Shown piece after piece: positions 62,742 to 64,000 of a stretch of 64,000 bases of DNA. The notes under the pieces were generated by a model, which saw only the letters and a list, made by a program, of their open reading frames with translations, did not search any database and had not been told where the DNA came from. Source of the stretch: Bryobacterales bacterium (lineage in GTDB: Bacteria; Acidobacteriota; Terriglobia; Bryobacterales; UBA6623); the NCBI GenBank assembly GCA_965226185.1, contig CBDDCT010000001.1:149511-213510 (forward strand). Direction: 5' to 3'. The translations under genes were made by a program, and so were the position numbers. Each line of letters starts with the position of its first letter. The first letter of the stretch is position 1.

Positions 62742-63425
62742 TCAACTGGGTACGAGAGAGGCGCCCTCCATGGCGACCGCCGCGTGCTGGTGTTCTTCCT
62801 CTCCCTCGGCGTGTTCGTCCTGCGCTGATTCGAGATGATTCACGAGCGCAGGCGGGGGCGGGGCCGCTCGATCGCCGAGCAGCCAGTCAATGCGTTCGAT
62901 CAGCTCGCGTTCCTCGACCAGGCCCAGTAGCCTCGCAACGATGCGTCCGTCGCGGTCGATCAGAGCGGTCGCGGGCAGGGCCATACCCAGGCCAAGCCGC
63001 TTCATGTCCTTGGCGGTGGCGCCGAGCCAGATCGGGAAATTGATTCCGTACTCTTCGATGAACCGTTCGATTTGATCTCTGGTGCTGGCGTCATCCGCCG
63101 AGGCGGCGATGAACTCCACGCCTCTGGGCTGATAATCTTCGCGCGCCCGGACGAAGATCGGCATTTCCTCCCGGCAAGGCACGCACCAGGTAGCCCAAAA
63201 ATTCAGGATGACGATTCGGCCGCGATAGTTTTCCAAGCTTTGGCGACCGCCCGACAGGCCTTGTAATGCGAGGGTCGCCGGATCCTCGGGCCCTGTGAGA
63301 TGCGCGGACTCGGCCTGAGAGGCAAAGCCTTTGCAAGGCACCAAGAATAGCAAGGCGGAGAACACCAAATGACACAGCGAGATCGCGGTGCTTAGAGTTT
63401 TCCGTCGAATTTCCGCCGCGGCCAC
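62742..63425 (-). CDS. TlpA/ResA-like thiol-disulfide oxidoreductase with an acidic/His-rich C-terminal tail
   Basis: 227 aa, GTG start; signal/anchor; FWATWCVPCREEMP thioredoxin motif; tail ...DEHAEGEEEHQHAAV. Confidence 0.85.
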   Translation of the reverse strand: MAAAEIRRKTLSTAISLCHLVFSALLFLVPCKGFASQAESAHLTGPEDPATLALQGLSGGRQSLENYRGRIVILNFWATWCVPCREEMPIFVRAREDYQPRGVEFIAASADDASTRDQIERFIEEYGINFPIWLGATAKDMKRLGLGMALPATALIDRDGRIVARLLGLVEERELIERIDWLLGDRAAPPPPALVNHLESAQDEHAEGEEEHQHAAVAMEGASLVPS

Positions 63426-63582
63426 TAGAACCAGCTTAGCGTCTGCCCGCAGGATTCCGTCACAGCAGTTTAGTCAGCAGCTTTTCGTATTCCTGGTGAG
63501 AGCCGATCCAGAACCAGACAATTTCGCCGGACGTTCCGCGGACGCCAACTGCACGGTAGGAGCGGCTGACGCGCACTGCAAC

Positions 63583-64000
63583 TAGCCCGGATTTCTCATC
63601 GCGGGGTTGGCGGAAGGCCGCCTTTTGTGGCACAAACATAATGATTACAATATGTTTCAGCCAGCAAGAAAGCGACCCCTGCCATGACAGAGTGTACCCA
63701 AACCAGCTTCACCTTCGCCGACCATGGCCGCCGCCAGGTGGTAGCCCGTTTCGACGGCGGCATGATCACCTCCGACGGCGGCGCCATGCTGTTGCGCCAG
63801 ACCGAACAGCGCAGCGGCATCGTGCGGCAGTTCGCCGCCTGCTTCCGTGATCACCGCCAGCCCGCGCAAGTCGAACACAGCGTGCGCGAGCTGGTCTCGC
63901 AGCGCGTCTACGGGCTGGCGCTGGGTTATGAGGATCTCAACGATCACGATCAGCTGCGCTCCGACCCGCTGCTGGCCCTGCTGAGCGGCAAACAAGACCT
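63583..64000 (+). mobile_element. IS1380-family insertion sequence, copy 2 (partial, inverted relative to copy 1)
   Basis: Starts TAGCCCGGATTTCTCATCGCGGGGTTGG. Collinear with the reverse complement of 19347-18930; I saw one difference in the terminal repeat (position 3, G vs A) and two synonymous coding differences (63915, 63975). Confidence 0.85.
63684..64000 (+). CDS. IS1380-family DDE transposase, 5' part (runs off the window)
   Basis: MTECTQTSFTFADHGRRQVVARFDGGMITSDGG..., identical at protein level to the 17831-19246 product over the visible part. Confidence 0.9.
   Translation, partial: MTECTQTSFTFADHGRRQVVARFDGGMITSDGGAMLLRQTEQRSGIVRQFAACFRDHRQPAQVEHSVRELVSQRVYGLALGYEDLNDHDQLRSDPLLALLSGKQD

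Overview
High-GC (about 60%) bacterial chromosomal segment. Gene content suggests Acidobacteriota, Solibacter/Bryobacter-like: hopanoid genes, a cytochrome b-c fusion, and a fragment resembling the Solibacter C-terminal domain. That placement is inference only. All names come from motif recognition by eye; no similarity search was run. The window is dense housekeeping and accessory metabolism broken up by insertion sequences. Main blocks: (1) sugar-kinase/HAD genes and a Tat-exported sulfite-oxidase-family Mo enzyme flanked by a 28-bp direct repeat. (2) Adjacent IS4-family and IS1380-like elements next to a decayed methyltransferase gene. (3) DUF1326, esterase and a 903-aa beta-propeller plus PHP-like secreted protein. 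(4) A hopanoid operon on the minus strand, ispH-shc-hpnH-[IS1380-family insertion]-hpnA-hpnG, followed directly by two Zn-dependent polyol-type dehydrogenases. (5) Amidase, class-V aminotransferase, SGNH hydrolase, PQQ dehydrogenase, a ParDE toxin-antitoxin pair and miaA. (6) A variant System I cytochrome c maturation locus: CcmE with a CXXXY haem motif (Cys, not His), ccmF, a Cys-rich ccmH-like gene, a CcmI N-terminal-only protein, a radical SAM/SPASM gene, then ccmA and ccmB. It has an rve-type IS at its upstream edge and an IS110 inside it, and no ccmC, ccmD or ccmG is visible. (7) Rieske plus cytochrome b/di-haem c. (8) sat, cysC and a PHP phosphoesterase. (9) A TolC-family protein fused to a C-terminal AMIN domain. 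(10) An IS4/IS701-like element with a phased A_AAA_AAA frameshift site. (11) A gene-decay zone. (12) A second, inverted copy of the IS1380-family element at the right edge. Short MITE-like elements whose ends resemble that IS, and several tandem or dispersed repeats, are also present. I found no rRNA, tRNA or CRISPR array by eye. Best leads: the two dehydrogenases behind hpnG as candidates for the unassigned ribosylhopane reduction step, the hybrid Cys-CcmE/CcmH-like ccm locus with an embedded radical SAM/SPASM gene, and the TolC-AMIN fusion. All three are hypotheses, and I cannot show that any is previously undescribed.
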